Shown piece after piece: positions 55,995 to 64,000 of a stretch of 64,000 nt of DNA; position 1 is the stretch's first letter, and every line of letters starts with the position of its first letter. The DNA is from Candidatus Hydrogenedentota bacterium (GTDB lineage Bacteria > Hydrogenedentota > Hydrogenedentia > Hydrogenedentales > SLHB01). The notes beneath the pieces are model-generated. The model made no database searches, had not been told where the DNA came from, and saw only the letters and a list, made by a program, of their open reading frames with translations. The position numbers and the translations under genes were made by a program. Where the stretch lies: positions 33,679 to 97,678 of the forward strand of contig JBPOJD010000030.1 of the NCBI GenBank assembly GCA_052033955.1, in the 5' to 3' direction.

Positions 55995-57632
55995 ATGCCT
56001 ACCGCGACAGACGTGCTTGTGATCGGCTGTGGTATCGCCGGCGCTGTGACGGCGTTGCGGCTGGCCGAGGATCCGCGGCGGCGCATCCTCGTGATCACCC
56101 GGGCCAGCCGTGCCGAGGACTCGAACACGCGCTACGCCCAAGGAGGCATCGTCGGGCGCGGCCCGAACGACTCGCCGCAACTCCTCGAACAGGACATCGC
56201 CGAGGCCGGCGCGGGGTGCTGTCTGCCCAGTGCCGTGCGCGTGCTGGCCGAGGAAGGTCCGGACGTGGTGCGCCGCGTGCTCATCGACATGGCCGGCGTT
56301 CCCTTCGAGCGCGACGAGACGGGCGAGCTGTCCTATGCCCGCGAAGGAGGTCACTCCGCGCGGCGCATCCTGCACGTGGGCGATGCCACGGGGCATGCCA
56401 TCGCGCACAACCTGCTTGCCCGCCTGCAAGAACTGCCTAACGTGACCCTGCACACCGGATTCACCGCCGTGGACCTGATTACGTCGGCGCACCATGACCG
56501 GGATCCGCTGGCGCAGTATGCGCCACTGAAATGCCACGGGGCATATGTGCTGGATACCGCCGACGGCAAGGTGCATCGGGTGCTCGCCAAGGCCACCGTT
56601 CTCGCAACGGGCGGCCTGGGCCGCATCTACCGCCACACGACGAATCCCGAGGGCGCCCGCGGAGACGGGATCGCCATGGCGTTCCGTGCGGGCGCGCGCG
56701 TGATCAACGCGGAATACGTCCAGTTTCACCCAACGACGCTCGCGGTGCCGGGTGCGGACAACTTTCTGATCTCGGAGGCGGTGCGCGGCGAAGGGGCACG
56801 CCTGTTCACACCCGACGGCCGCCATTTCATGGACGATTACGCCCCCCAGTGGGGGGATCTGGCCCCGCGCGACATCGTCTCCCGGGCGATCCACAACGAG
56901 ATGATCGCCCACGGCTATCCTCATGTGCTGCTCGATCTGGGCAGCCAGATGGACGCAGCGCGGATCCGGGAGCGCTTCCCCACCATTCACGCCACGTGCC
57001 TCGAAGTGGGCATCGACATCACCGTGGACCCGATCCCGGTCGTTCCAGCCGCGCACTACTCCTGCGGGGGTGTTCAGGTCGACGAGTGGGGTCAGACCAT
57101 CGTGGACACGCTCTATGCCGTCGGCGAGGTCTCGTGCACGGGCCTGCACGGCGCCAACCGCCTTGCGAGCACGTCGCTCCTGGAGGGCGCGGTGTGGGGA
57201 GACCGCGCCGCGCGGCACATCGCCACCAGGAACGACCTGAGTGTGATTCCGGAACGCCGCATCCCCTCGTGGGCGAACGTGGCCAGCTACGGCGACCCGG
57301 ATCCGGCGCTCATCCATCGCGACCGGCGCAACATCCAGGACACGATGTGGCTCTATGTGGGTCTGGCACGCAACGCCCACCGCTTGGCGCGTGCCTTCGA
57401 GGATCTCGACCATCTCTGGCGCGTGATTGACAATTTCTACCGGGCCGCGCGCCTCAATGACGACCTGATCGGGCTGCGCAACATGGCGCAGACCGCGCGA
57501 ATCGTCGCGCAGGCCGCCTGGCACAACCAGTGCTCGCGCGGGGCTCACTATCGCGAAGACGCGCAGGATCCGCCGCTGCCCGCGGCCTACGGAGGCGGAG
57601 ATCCGCACCGGGAACGCGCGGTGGAGTTCTAG
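55995..57632 (+). CDS. nadB: L-aspartate oxidase.
   Basis: The FAD-binding motif is 'VLVIGCGIAGA', and 'RYAQGGI', 'HYSCGGVQVD' and the C-terminal capping domain are present. Confidence 0.9.
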   Translation: MPTATDVLVIGCGIAGAVTALRLAEDPRRRILVITRASRAEDSNTRYAQGGIVGRGPNDSPQLLEQDIAEAGAGCCLPSAVRVLAEEGPDVVRRVLIDMAGVPFERDETGELSYAREGGHSARRILHVGDATGHAIAHNLLARLQELPNVTLHTGFTAVDLITSAHHDRDPLAQYAPLKCHGAYVLDTADGKVHRVLAKATVLATGGLGRIYRHTTNPEGARGDGIAMAFRAGARVINAEYVQFHPTTLAVPGADNFLISEAVRGEGARLFTPDGRHFMDDYAPQWGDLAPRDIVSRAIHNEMIAHGYPHVLLDLGSQMDAARIRERFPTIHATCLEVGIDITVDPIPVVPAAHYSCGGVQVDEWGQTIVDTLYAVGEVSCTGLHGANRLASTSLLEGAVWGDRAARHIATRNDLSVIPERRIPSWANVASYGDPDPALIHRDRRNIQDTMWLYVGLARNAHRLARAFEDLDHLWRVIDNFYRAARLNDDLIGLRNMAQTARIVAQAAWHNQCSRGAHYREDAQDPPLPAAYGGGDPHRERAVEF

Positions 57633-57714
57633 CCCCGTCTTGACCGGCCCCGGATGCCCTGCGAAAATGGGCGCGACGCGCAATTCGACTGCTTCAAACA
57701 AACGGTGACGCACC

Positions 57715-59871
57715 ATGGCCCACGAGAGCGCTTTTTTTGAGATCGCCGCCATCCTGAGTCTGGCGATCTTTCTGGGTATGGCCGGGCAGAAGCTGCGCCA
57801 GCCACTGCTCATCATGTTTCTCGCCACGGGGATCCTGGCGGGACCGTCGGCGCTCGGGATCATCAAGAGCTACGAGCAGATCGAACTGCTGGCGCAGATC
57901 GGCATCGCCCTGCTCCTGTTTATCGTGGGGCTCAAACTCGATCTGCATCTCATCCGCACGACGGGCGTGGTCGCGGTGGCCACGGGCATCGGGCAGATTC
58001 TCTTCACCTCGCTGATCGGATTCGGCATCGCGCTGGCCCTCGGGATGACAGTCGTCAACGCGGCCTACGTGGCCGTGGCGCTGACCTTCTCGAGCACGAT
58101 CATCATCGTCAAGCTGTTATCCGACAAAAAGGAGATCGATTCGCTGCACGGCCAGATCGCCGTCGGATTCCTGATCGTGCAGGACATCGCCGCGATTCTG
58201 GCGCTGGTGCTGTTGACCACCCTCGGCTCGCACGTGCCGGGGCAGGACTCGGTCTTCTGGGCCTCCGCCCTTATCGTTGGCAAGGGACTGGGCCTGCTGG
58301 TCGTCGTGGGCGCGATGATGAAGTACCTGATTCCGCGGCTGACCCGGCGGCTTTCCCATTCGCAAGAGATGCTCACGCTGTTCGCGATCACCTGGGCGGT
58401 GTTTCTGGGGGCGGGCAGCGAGGTCCTCGGGTTCAGCAAGGAGGTTGGGGCGTTTCTGGCCGGTGTATCGCTGGCATCCACCGGATACCGCGATGCCATC
58501 GGTGCCCGGCTGACGAGCCTGCGCGACTTTCTGCTCCTCTTCTTCTTCATCGACTTGGGCGCCCGGCTGGACTGGTCCACGGTCGGATCGCAACTGGGCG
58601 CGTCGGTGCTGCTTTCGCTGTTCGTGCTCGTGGGCAACCCGCTGATCGTCATGGCCATCATGGGCTATATGGGCTACCGGCGCCGCACCGGGTTTTTGGC
58701 CGGGCTGACGGTCGCGCAGATCAGCGAGTTCTCGCTGATCGTCGCCGCGCTCGGACTCGCCATCGGGCACATCACCCCAGAGACCATGGGCCTGATTACC
58801 CTCGTCGGTGTGCAGACCATCTTCGCGTCCACCTACATGATCCTCTACTCCGGCCCGCTCTACGCCCTGCTGGCGGACTCGCTGAAGATCTTCGAACGGC
58901 GCGATCCCTACGCCGAGGCCGCCATCCAGTCCGTGCCCGATGCCCCGTCGGTGGACGTCATTCTCGTTGGACTCGGCAACTACGGGAGCGGCCTGGCGCA
59001 GTACCTCTTGCGGCGAGGCAAGTCCATCATCGGCGTCGACTTCGATCCCCTCGCGCTCGAACGCTGGCGCGCGCAGGGCGTCCCCGTGCTGTATGGCGAC
59101 ATCGCCGACCCGGAACTGCACGAGCACCTTCCGCTGGACCGTGCGCGCTGGGTCGTCAGCACCGTCCGCTCGCGCGAACTTGGGCTGTCGCTGCTGCACC
59201 ACGTCGCGGCCCGGGGCTATACCGGCAAGGTCGCCCTTACCGCGTCGAGCGAGGACGAAGCCGATCTCTACCAGCGCGAAGGCGTATCCGCAGTATTCCG
59301 GCCCTACAACGACGCCGCCGAACAGGCCGCGGACGCCCTGACGCACGCGATGGACGTGCTGCCGGACAGCGTGGACTGGCCCATCGCATTTCGCGAGGTC
59401 CGTGTTCACTCGGATGCCGTCTTCGCGGGCCAGACCCTGCGCAGCATCCCGCTGCGGTCGCTCACGGGCGTGTCGGTCATGGCGATCAGCCGGGCCGGCC
59501 GTGTGCACTACGAACCCGAGCCCGATTTCCAGATCTATCCCGGCGACCGGCTGGTGATCATGGGCGCGCCGGAGGTCCTCGATCTGGCCGAGGCCCTGCT
59601 CAACGAGACCGGGGAAGGGGACGGTTCGCACGAGGCCATCCGCTTCGCCGTTGCCGAGGTCCGCGTGGGCAACGGCTCGCCGCTGATTGGGCAGACGCTG
59701 GCCGACGTGCGGTTTAGGCAACAGCACGGGGTGACCGTGGTGGGGATTCAACGCGGCGGCGACCGCATCACCACCCCGTCCCCGGATGAATGTTTGGCGG
59801 GGGACGACGGTTTGATCGTTGTAGGCACCGGCGAGGCCGTCGAAGCCCTTCGGCAGGCGGCGCCCATCTGA
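57715..59871 (+). CDS. Kef-type (CPA2) cation/proton antiporter with a C-terminal TrkA-N (RCK) domain and two TrkA-C domains.
   Basis: The N-terminal ~400 aa are a Na+/H+-exchanger-fold membrane domain. 'ILVGLGNYG' is the Rossmann fold of RCK-N. Two RCK-C segments follow ('LRSIPLRSLTGVSVMAISR', 'LADVRFRQQHGVTVVGIQR'). Confidence 0.85.
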   Translation: MAHESAFFEIAAILSLAIFLGMAGQKLRQPLLIMFLATGILAGPSALGIIKSYEQIELLAQIGIALLLFIVGLKLDLHLIRTTGVVAVATGIGQILFTSLIGFGIALALGMTVVNAAYVAVALTFSSTIIIVKLLSDKKEIDSLHGQIAVGFLIVQDIAAILALVLLTTLGSHVPGQDSVFWASALIVGKGLGLLVVVGAMMKYLIPRLTRRLSHSQEMLTLFAITWAVFLGAGSEVLGFSKEVGAFLAGVSLASTGYRDAIGARLTSLRDFLLLFFFIDLGARLDWSTVGSQLGASVLLSLFVLVGNPLIVMAIMGYMGYRRRTGFLAGLTVAQISEFSLIVAALGLAIGHITPETMGLITLVGVQTIFASTYMILYSGPLYALLADSLKIFERRDPYAEAAIQSVPDAPSVDVILVGLGNYGSGLAQYLLRRGKSIIGVDFDPLALERWRAQGVPVLYGDIADPELHEHLPLDRARWVVSTVRSRELGLSLLHHVAARGYTGKVALTASSEDEADLYQREGVSAVFRPYNDAAEQAADALTHAMDVLPDSVDWPIAFREVRVHSDAVFAGQTLRSIPLRSLTGVSVMAISRAGRVHYEPEPDFQIYPGDRLVIMGAPEVLDLAEALLNETGEGDGSHEAIRFAVAEVRVGNGSPLIGQTLADVRFRQQHGVTVVGIQRGGDRITTPSPDECLAGDDGLIVVGTGEAVEALRQAAPI

Positions 59872-59900
59872 GAAGTCTGGTGCCCGGACAGGAGGTTACC

Positions 59901-60197
59901 ATGCGTGTTCTGGCCGATGTCAGCGTTGTGCCCCTCGGGGTTGGCGTATCCCTATCCACCTATGTGGCCGCGTGCGAGAAGGTATTCGAAGAGGCTGGCC
60001 TGCGGCCGGCACTGCACGCCAACGGCACCAACGTCGAGGGCGAGTGGGACGTGGTCTTCCAGGCGGTGCGCCGGTGTCACGAGGCGCTGCACGAAATGGG
60101 CGCGCCGCGCGTCCACACCACGATTCGCTGCGGCACCCGCACCGACAAAGAGCAGACCAACGAGGACAAGGTCATCAGCGTGCGGCGCAAGCTGTAG
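59901..60197 (+). CDS. MTH1187/YkoF family protein (DUF77).
   Basis: The N-terminus is 'MRVLADVSVVPLGVGVSLSTYVAACEKVFEEAGL'. GGAGG lies upstream of the ATG at 59901. Confidence 0.7.
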   Translation: MRVLADVSVVPLGVGVSLSTYVAACEKVFEEAGLRPALHANGTNVEGEWDVVFQAVRRCHEALHEMGAPRVHTTIRCGTRTDKEQTNEDKVISVRRKL

Positions 60198-60205
60198 CGC
60201 CGGAA

Positions 60206-61360
60206 CTACAGTACCTCGACGACGCCTGCCGCGCCCATGCCGCCGCCGATGCACATGGTGACCAGTCCGTAGCGCAGGCCGCGCCGCTGCAACTCGTAGA
60301 TCATCTGCACGGTCAGCTTGGTTCCGGTGCAGCCGAGGGGATGACCCAGCGCGATCGCGCCGCCGTTGACGTTGACCTTTCCGGGGGCGATGCCCAGCTC
60401 GCGCGTGACAAAGATGGCCACGGACGCGAAGGCCTCGTTGATCTCGAAGAGGTCGATGGCATCCAGCGCGACACCGGCCTGTGCACAGGCCTGGCGCACG
60501 GCCACGAGTTGCGCCGGGCCGAGGTACTTCGGCGTATCGCCCGCCACGGAATAGGACAGAAGCCGCGCCATCGGCTTGATGTCCAGCGCTTCGGCCTGGT
60601 CCTTGTGGAGGAGCAGCACGGCGGCCGCGCCGTCGCTGGTCTGGCTCGCGTTGCCCGCCGTGTGCAGGCCGATGCCGGGCACCCCGAAGGCAGGTTTCAG
60701 GGACGCGAGCGTCTCCAGGCTGGTGTCCCGCCGCGGTCCCTCGTCCACCTTGAACACCTTGCCGCCGGCGCCGTTGGCCACCGTCAGCGGCACAATCTGG
60801 TCCTTGAACGCGCCCGCGTCGATCGCCGCGACGGCCTTTTCGTGGCTGGCCAGCGCCCACGCATCCAGTTCCTCACGCGACATGCCGAAATCCCGCGCTA
60901 CGTTGTCGCCGCAGTGGCCCATCGCGGTGTAGACCTCGGGGCGTTCGCGGCACAGGGTCGGATTGGGGGCATAGCGCAGGCCGGTAATCGGGATGTGGCT
61001 CATGGACTCGACGCCACCGGCAATCGCCGTGTGCAGCATGCGGTTGTGGATCTTGGACGCGGCCACGGCAATCGCTTCGAGACCCGACGCGCAGTAGCGG
61101 GTCAGGGTCATGGCGGTGGTCGTATCGGGCAGGCTGGATCGCGCCACCACAATGCGTCCGAGGTTCATGCCCTGCTCGCCCTCGGGGATGGCGCAACCGA
61201 GCACGAGGTCCTGCACGCGTTCGGGCGCAAGCTGCGCCCGCTGCACCACCTCATCGGCGACGGCCGCCGCGAGGTCCTCCGGGCGGCTGTTGGCCAATGC
61301 ACCCTTTTTCGCCTTGCCGACCGCCGTGCGCGCCGCGGCGACGATGTACGCATCCCGCAT
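60206..61360 (-). CDS. Acetyl-CoA C-acyltransferase (thiolase).
   Basis: The active-site Cys is in 'RYCASGLEAI', and the C-terminal 'GCTGTKLTVQMI' and 'CIGGGMGAA' are present. Confidence 0.92.
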   Translation of the reverse strand: MRDAYIVAAARTAVGKAKKGALANSRPEDLAAAVADEVVQRAQLAPERVQDLVLGCAIPEGEQGMNLGRIVVARSSLPDTTTAMTLTRYCASGLEAIAVAASKIHNRMLHTAIAGGVESMSHIPITGLRYAPNPTLCRERPEVYTAMGHCGDNVARDFGMSREELDAWALASHEKAVAAIDAGAFKDQIVPLTVANGAGGKVFKVDEGPRRDTSLETLASLKPAFGVPGIGLHTAGNASQTSDGAAAVLLLHKDQAEALDIKPMARLLSYSVAGDTPKYLGPAQLVAVRQACAQAGVALDAIDLFEINEAFASVAIFVTRELGIAPGKVNVNGGAIALGHPLGCTGTKLTVQMIYELQRRGLRYGLVTMCIGGGMGAAGVVEVL

Positions 61361-61384
61361 GATCCTGCGACTCCTTCGCCGCGG

Positions 61385-63784
61385 TCAGTTCCGCAGCGGT
61401 TTTCCTGTTGCCAGCATGTGTTCGATCCGCTCGCGCGTCTTGGCGTGGCGGCACAGCGCCACAAAGGCCTCACGTTCGAGGTCCAGGACGTCCTGTTCGG
61501 TCATCTCGGCGCCCGGGGTGCGGCCGCCGCCGGTCAGCACCCACGCAAGCTTGCCCGCAATCAACGCCTCGTGCTCGGTCGCGTAGCCGCCCTGCACGTA
61601 CTGGTACACCTGCGAGTCGAGTGCCGCGCGCGCGGGTTCGCCCAGCGCGGTGAGGACCGCCGGCAGCGGCGGCCGGTACCCGGCGAGCACCAGGGCGCGG
61701 CAGACGTCCTTCGCCCGGCGGACCAGGTGGTCCGGATTGACCTCGAGCAGATCGGCATCGCTGATCAGCCCAAACGCGGCCAGTTCGGGACCGCTGGTGC
61801 TGACCTTGGCCATGGCGATGGTTTCGAAGGCCCGCCGCACGAAGGGGAATGGATCGACGCCCGCGACGGTGGCCGGCACAGCGGCCAGCGCGCGGCGCAG
61901 CATCTCCTTGGTCCCCCCGCCGGCCGGAATCACGCCGACGCCCGCCTCGACCAGTCCACCGTAGGTCTCGCCCGCAAACACGACGCGGGCCGCGTGCAGG
62001 CACACCTCGATGCCGCCGCCAAAGGTGTAGTGGTGCGGCGCGGCCACTACCGGACCGCGGCAGAACCGCAAGGCCATCAGGCTGTCCTGGAAGGCCCGGA
62101 TCAGCGCGTCAATCGCGTCCCAGTCCGCGCGGTGGATCGCGTCGAGGATGACCTTCAGGTTGGCCCCGGCGCAGAAATGCGGCCCCTGATTCGCGACGAT
62201 CAACCCGTCAAACTCGCCCTCGTCGACCCGCCGTGCGCCTTCCCTGAGGACATCGAGCACGCCCCGGTCGATGACGTTCATCTTCGTGTGGAATTCCGCG
62301 CAGAGGATGCCGTCGCCGACGTCGATCAGGTCGCACCCCTCGCCGGTATGGACCGCGCCGCCCGCGGCCTTCACCTCGTCGAGGATCACCCGCCCCGGAC
62401 GGACCGGGACCGGCTGGTACTGGCGCGTGGCGAGGTCGAAGCAGTGCAGTTGGCCCTTTTCCACGCGATAGAAGGCGTCGTGCCCGGCCTCGAGCAACGC
62501 CTGCGCGACCGGCGGCAGTGCCAGACCGTCCGCCTGCATGCGCCGGGCCGTTTCCACGGCGCCCAAGGCGTCCCACGTTTCGAAAAGGCCCAGTTCCCAT
62601 CCAAAGCCCCACTTCGCCGCGTTGTCGAGGCTCACAATGTCGTCCGTGCACTCCCCGAGGCGATGGCCGGCATACACCGCGGTGTGTGCGAAGACCTTCC
62701 AGGCGAAACGGCTGGCCGCATCGTCGCCGGAAAGCAGCGCGCGCAGTTTGTCGCGCAACCCGCGTGCCTGCCGTGCGGACTCGACGGATGCGAAGGTCCG
62801 CGTCTCCTGCGGCCCGTATTCGAGCGTGTCCACGTCGATGGCCAGGATGACGGGCCGGCCCTCGGCGTCACGGTCGCGGGTCCGGGTGTAGAATCCGGCA
62901 CCGGTCTTCGCGCCCAGCAGCCCCTGATCAATCATCGCTCCCAGCCACGCCGGTTCATCAAGTATTTCGCGCCGCTCGTCGTTCGGACACCCGTCCCGCA
63001 CATTGGCCACGACATGCCGGTAGGTGTCCAGGCCAACGAGGTCGGCCGTACGGAAGGTCGCCGACGAGGCGTGGCCCATCAGCGGCCCGGTCACGAGGTC
63101 GACCTCGGCCACATTGAGGCCGTCCTCCTTCATCGCGTGCATGATGTACTGGAAGTGGAACGTGAGGATGCGATTGGCGATGAAGTTCGGGGTGTCCTTG
63201 GCGAACACCACGCCTTTCCCCAGCGCCGTCTCGCCGAGTTCGGCCATGGCCGCGATCACCTCGGGCCGCGTGGCGGGGCCGGGGATGATCTCGAGCAGCT
63301 TAAGGTAGCGCGGCGGATTGAAGAAATGCGTGCCGAGGAAATGCTGGGCCATGTCCTCGTCCATGACCTCGGCCAAGGCCGCAAGCGACACGCCGCTGGT
63401 ATTGGTGCTGACCACCGTGCCGGGACGCCGGTGGCGGGCGACTTCGGCCAGAAGGCCGCGTTTAATCTCGGGATCCTCGCGCACGGCCTCGATAATCCAG
63501 TCGCACTCGGCGATGCGCGGCAGGTCGTCCTCGAAGTTGCCGGTCTCGATGAGACGCAGCGCATCCGCGGTGTAGAGGGGCGCGGGCCGGGCCTTGAGCA
63601 GGGCCTGCCGGGCCGTGTTTGCGATCCGGCTGCGCTCGGCGGGGTCGTTGCGCTTTTCTTCGGGCAAGTTTTCGGCCACCATGTCGAGCATGAGGCACCG
63701 AAAGCCGCAGTTGGCGAGGTGGGCCGCGATCGCGCTTCCCATGACCCCCGAACCCAACACGGCCACGCGACGGATGCGATGCAT
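61385..63784 (-). CDS. Bifunctional 3-hydroxyacyl-CoA dehydrogenase (N-terminal) / enoyl-CoA hydratase (C-terminal), FadN-like.
   Basis: The N-terminal Rossmann motif is 'VAVLGSGVMGSAIAAHLA', with 3HCDH N and C domains. The crotonase fold is 'GLIVANQGPHFCAGANL...FGGGIEVCL'. I moved the start to the ATG at 63784, which has an AGGAG RBS. Confidence 0.88.
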   Translation of the reverse strand: MHRIRRVAVLGSGVMGSAIAAHLANCGFRCLMLDMVAENLPEEKRNDPAERSRIANTARQALLKARPAPLYTADALRLIETGNFEDDLPRIAECDWIIEAVREDPEIKRGLLAEVARHRRPGTVVSTNTSGVSLAALAEVMDEDMAQHFLGTHFFNPPRYLKLLEIIPGPATRPEVIAAMAELGETALGKGVVFAKDTPNFIANRILTFHFQYIMHAMKEDGLNVAEVDLVTGPLMGHASSATFRTADLVGLDTYRHVVANVRDGCPNDERREILDEPAWLGAMIDQGLLGAKTGAGFYTRTRDRDAEGRPVILAIDVDTLEYGPQETRTFASVESARQARGLRDKLRALLSGDDAASRFAWKVFAHTAVYAGHRLGECTDDIVSLDNAAKWGFGWELGLFETWDALGAVETARRMQADGLALPPVAQALLEAGHDAFYRVEKGQLHCFDLATRQYQPVPVRPGRVILDEVKAAGGAVHTGEGCDLIDVGDGILCAEFHTKMNVIDRGVLDVLREGARRVDEGEFDGLIVANQGPHFCAGANLKVILDAIHRADWDAIDALIRAFQDSLMALRFCRGPVVAAPHHYTFGGGIEVCLHAARVVFAGETYGGLVEAGVGVIPAGGGTKEMLRRALAAVPATVAGVDPFPFVRRAFETIAMAKVSTSGPELAAFGLISDADLLEVNPDHLVRRAKDVCRALVLAGYRPPLPAVLTALGEPARAALDSQVYQYVQGGYATEHEALIAGKLAWVLTGGGRTPGAEMTEQDVLDLEREAFVALCRHAKTRERIEHMLATGKPLRN

Positions 63785-64000
63785 ACTAGGGGTGTCTCCT
63801 TGTAGCCGGTTCGATCTCCCGTGAGTCAACACGACAAGCTTGCGGATTATTCGCGTTATTCCTGTCCGCGCGCCACGTTGGCTAAAGTTTCGATGCGCCC
63901 TGCCGATACCTTGAGTGCAAGGCTGAGACACGGAGGTCGAGGCGGGCGACACGGATGTCGATTTTTGAAATTGGAGACGTGCGTGGCGGACAATCCCGCC

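Noticed and set aside
54948-57866. This is a 972-aa minus-strand ORF.
   Set aside because: It lies antisense to the OMF gene and nadB.
59972-63805. This is a 1277-aa plus-strand ORF.
   Set aside because: It lies antisense to the thiolase and FadN-like genes.

Overview
High-GC (~65-68%) bacterial chromosomal segment carrying roughly 55 genes on both strands and no rRNA, tRNA, CRISPR or transposase genes. CDS coordinates follow the supplied ORF track; promoters, hairpins and repeats were read by hand and may be off by 1-2 bp. Several track ORFs that begin with TTG or GTG start inside promoter elements, so I moved those starts to downstream codons. The many 200-1000-aa ORFs lying antisense to well-recognised genes are treated as GC-driven artefacts.

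The recognisable content is: the C-terminal part of a transketolase; uvrB and a bifunctional rel; an M23 peptidase; a sigma54 response regulator followed by an MshEN-HDOD signalling protein; a TlpA-like thioredoxin fold protein and a eukaryote-type eRF1/Pelota-like protein; a GH38 alpha-mannosidase, a NUDIX hydrolase and a DUF2961/GH172-like lipoprotein; yebC-ruvCAB; a DnaA/Hda-like AAA+ ATPase fused to a long coiled coil with an overlapping YfbR-like HD hydrolase; a gspF/pseudopilin cluster next to a YegD-like Hsp70; Rrf2; rubredoxin-zwf; a Fur/PerR-like regulator with ferritin and peroxiredoxin; mnmA; a flagellin locus with a sigma28 promoter and a TPR glycosyltransferase; msrA and tatA; an ECF sigma / anti-sigma / LTXXQ periplasmic protein module; cysS and ftsY; a GH3 protein with a PKD domain; a TetR-regulated RND efflux operon; nadB; a Kef-type antiporter; a YkoF-like protein; and a thiolase with a FadN-like fatty-acid oxidation enzyme.

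The least ordinary items are the bacterial eRF1-like protein with an inserted zinc ribbon, apparently co-transcribed with a CPYC thioredoxin-fold protein; a degenerate 49-bp tandem repeat array with GC-rich palindromes in a convergent intergenic region; the MshEN-HDOD fusion; the DnaA-like ATPase/coiled-coil/HD pair; a low-GC two-gene cassette; and an AT-richer 0.43-kb non-coding stretch containing a wobble-compensated inverted repeat. I cannot assign taxonomy from sequence alone.
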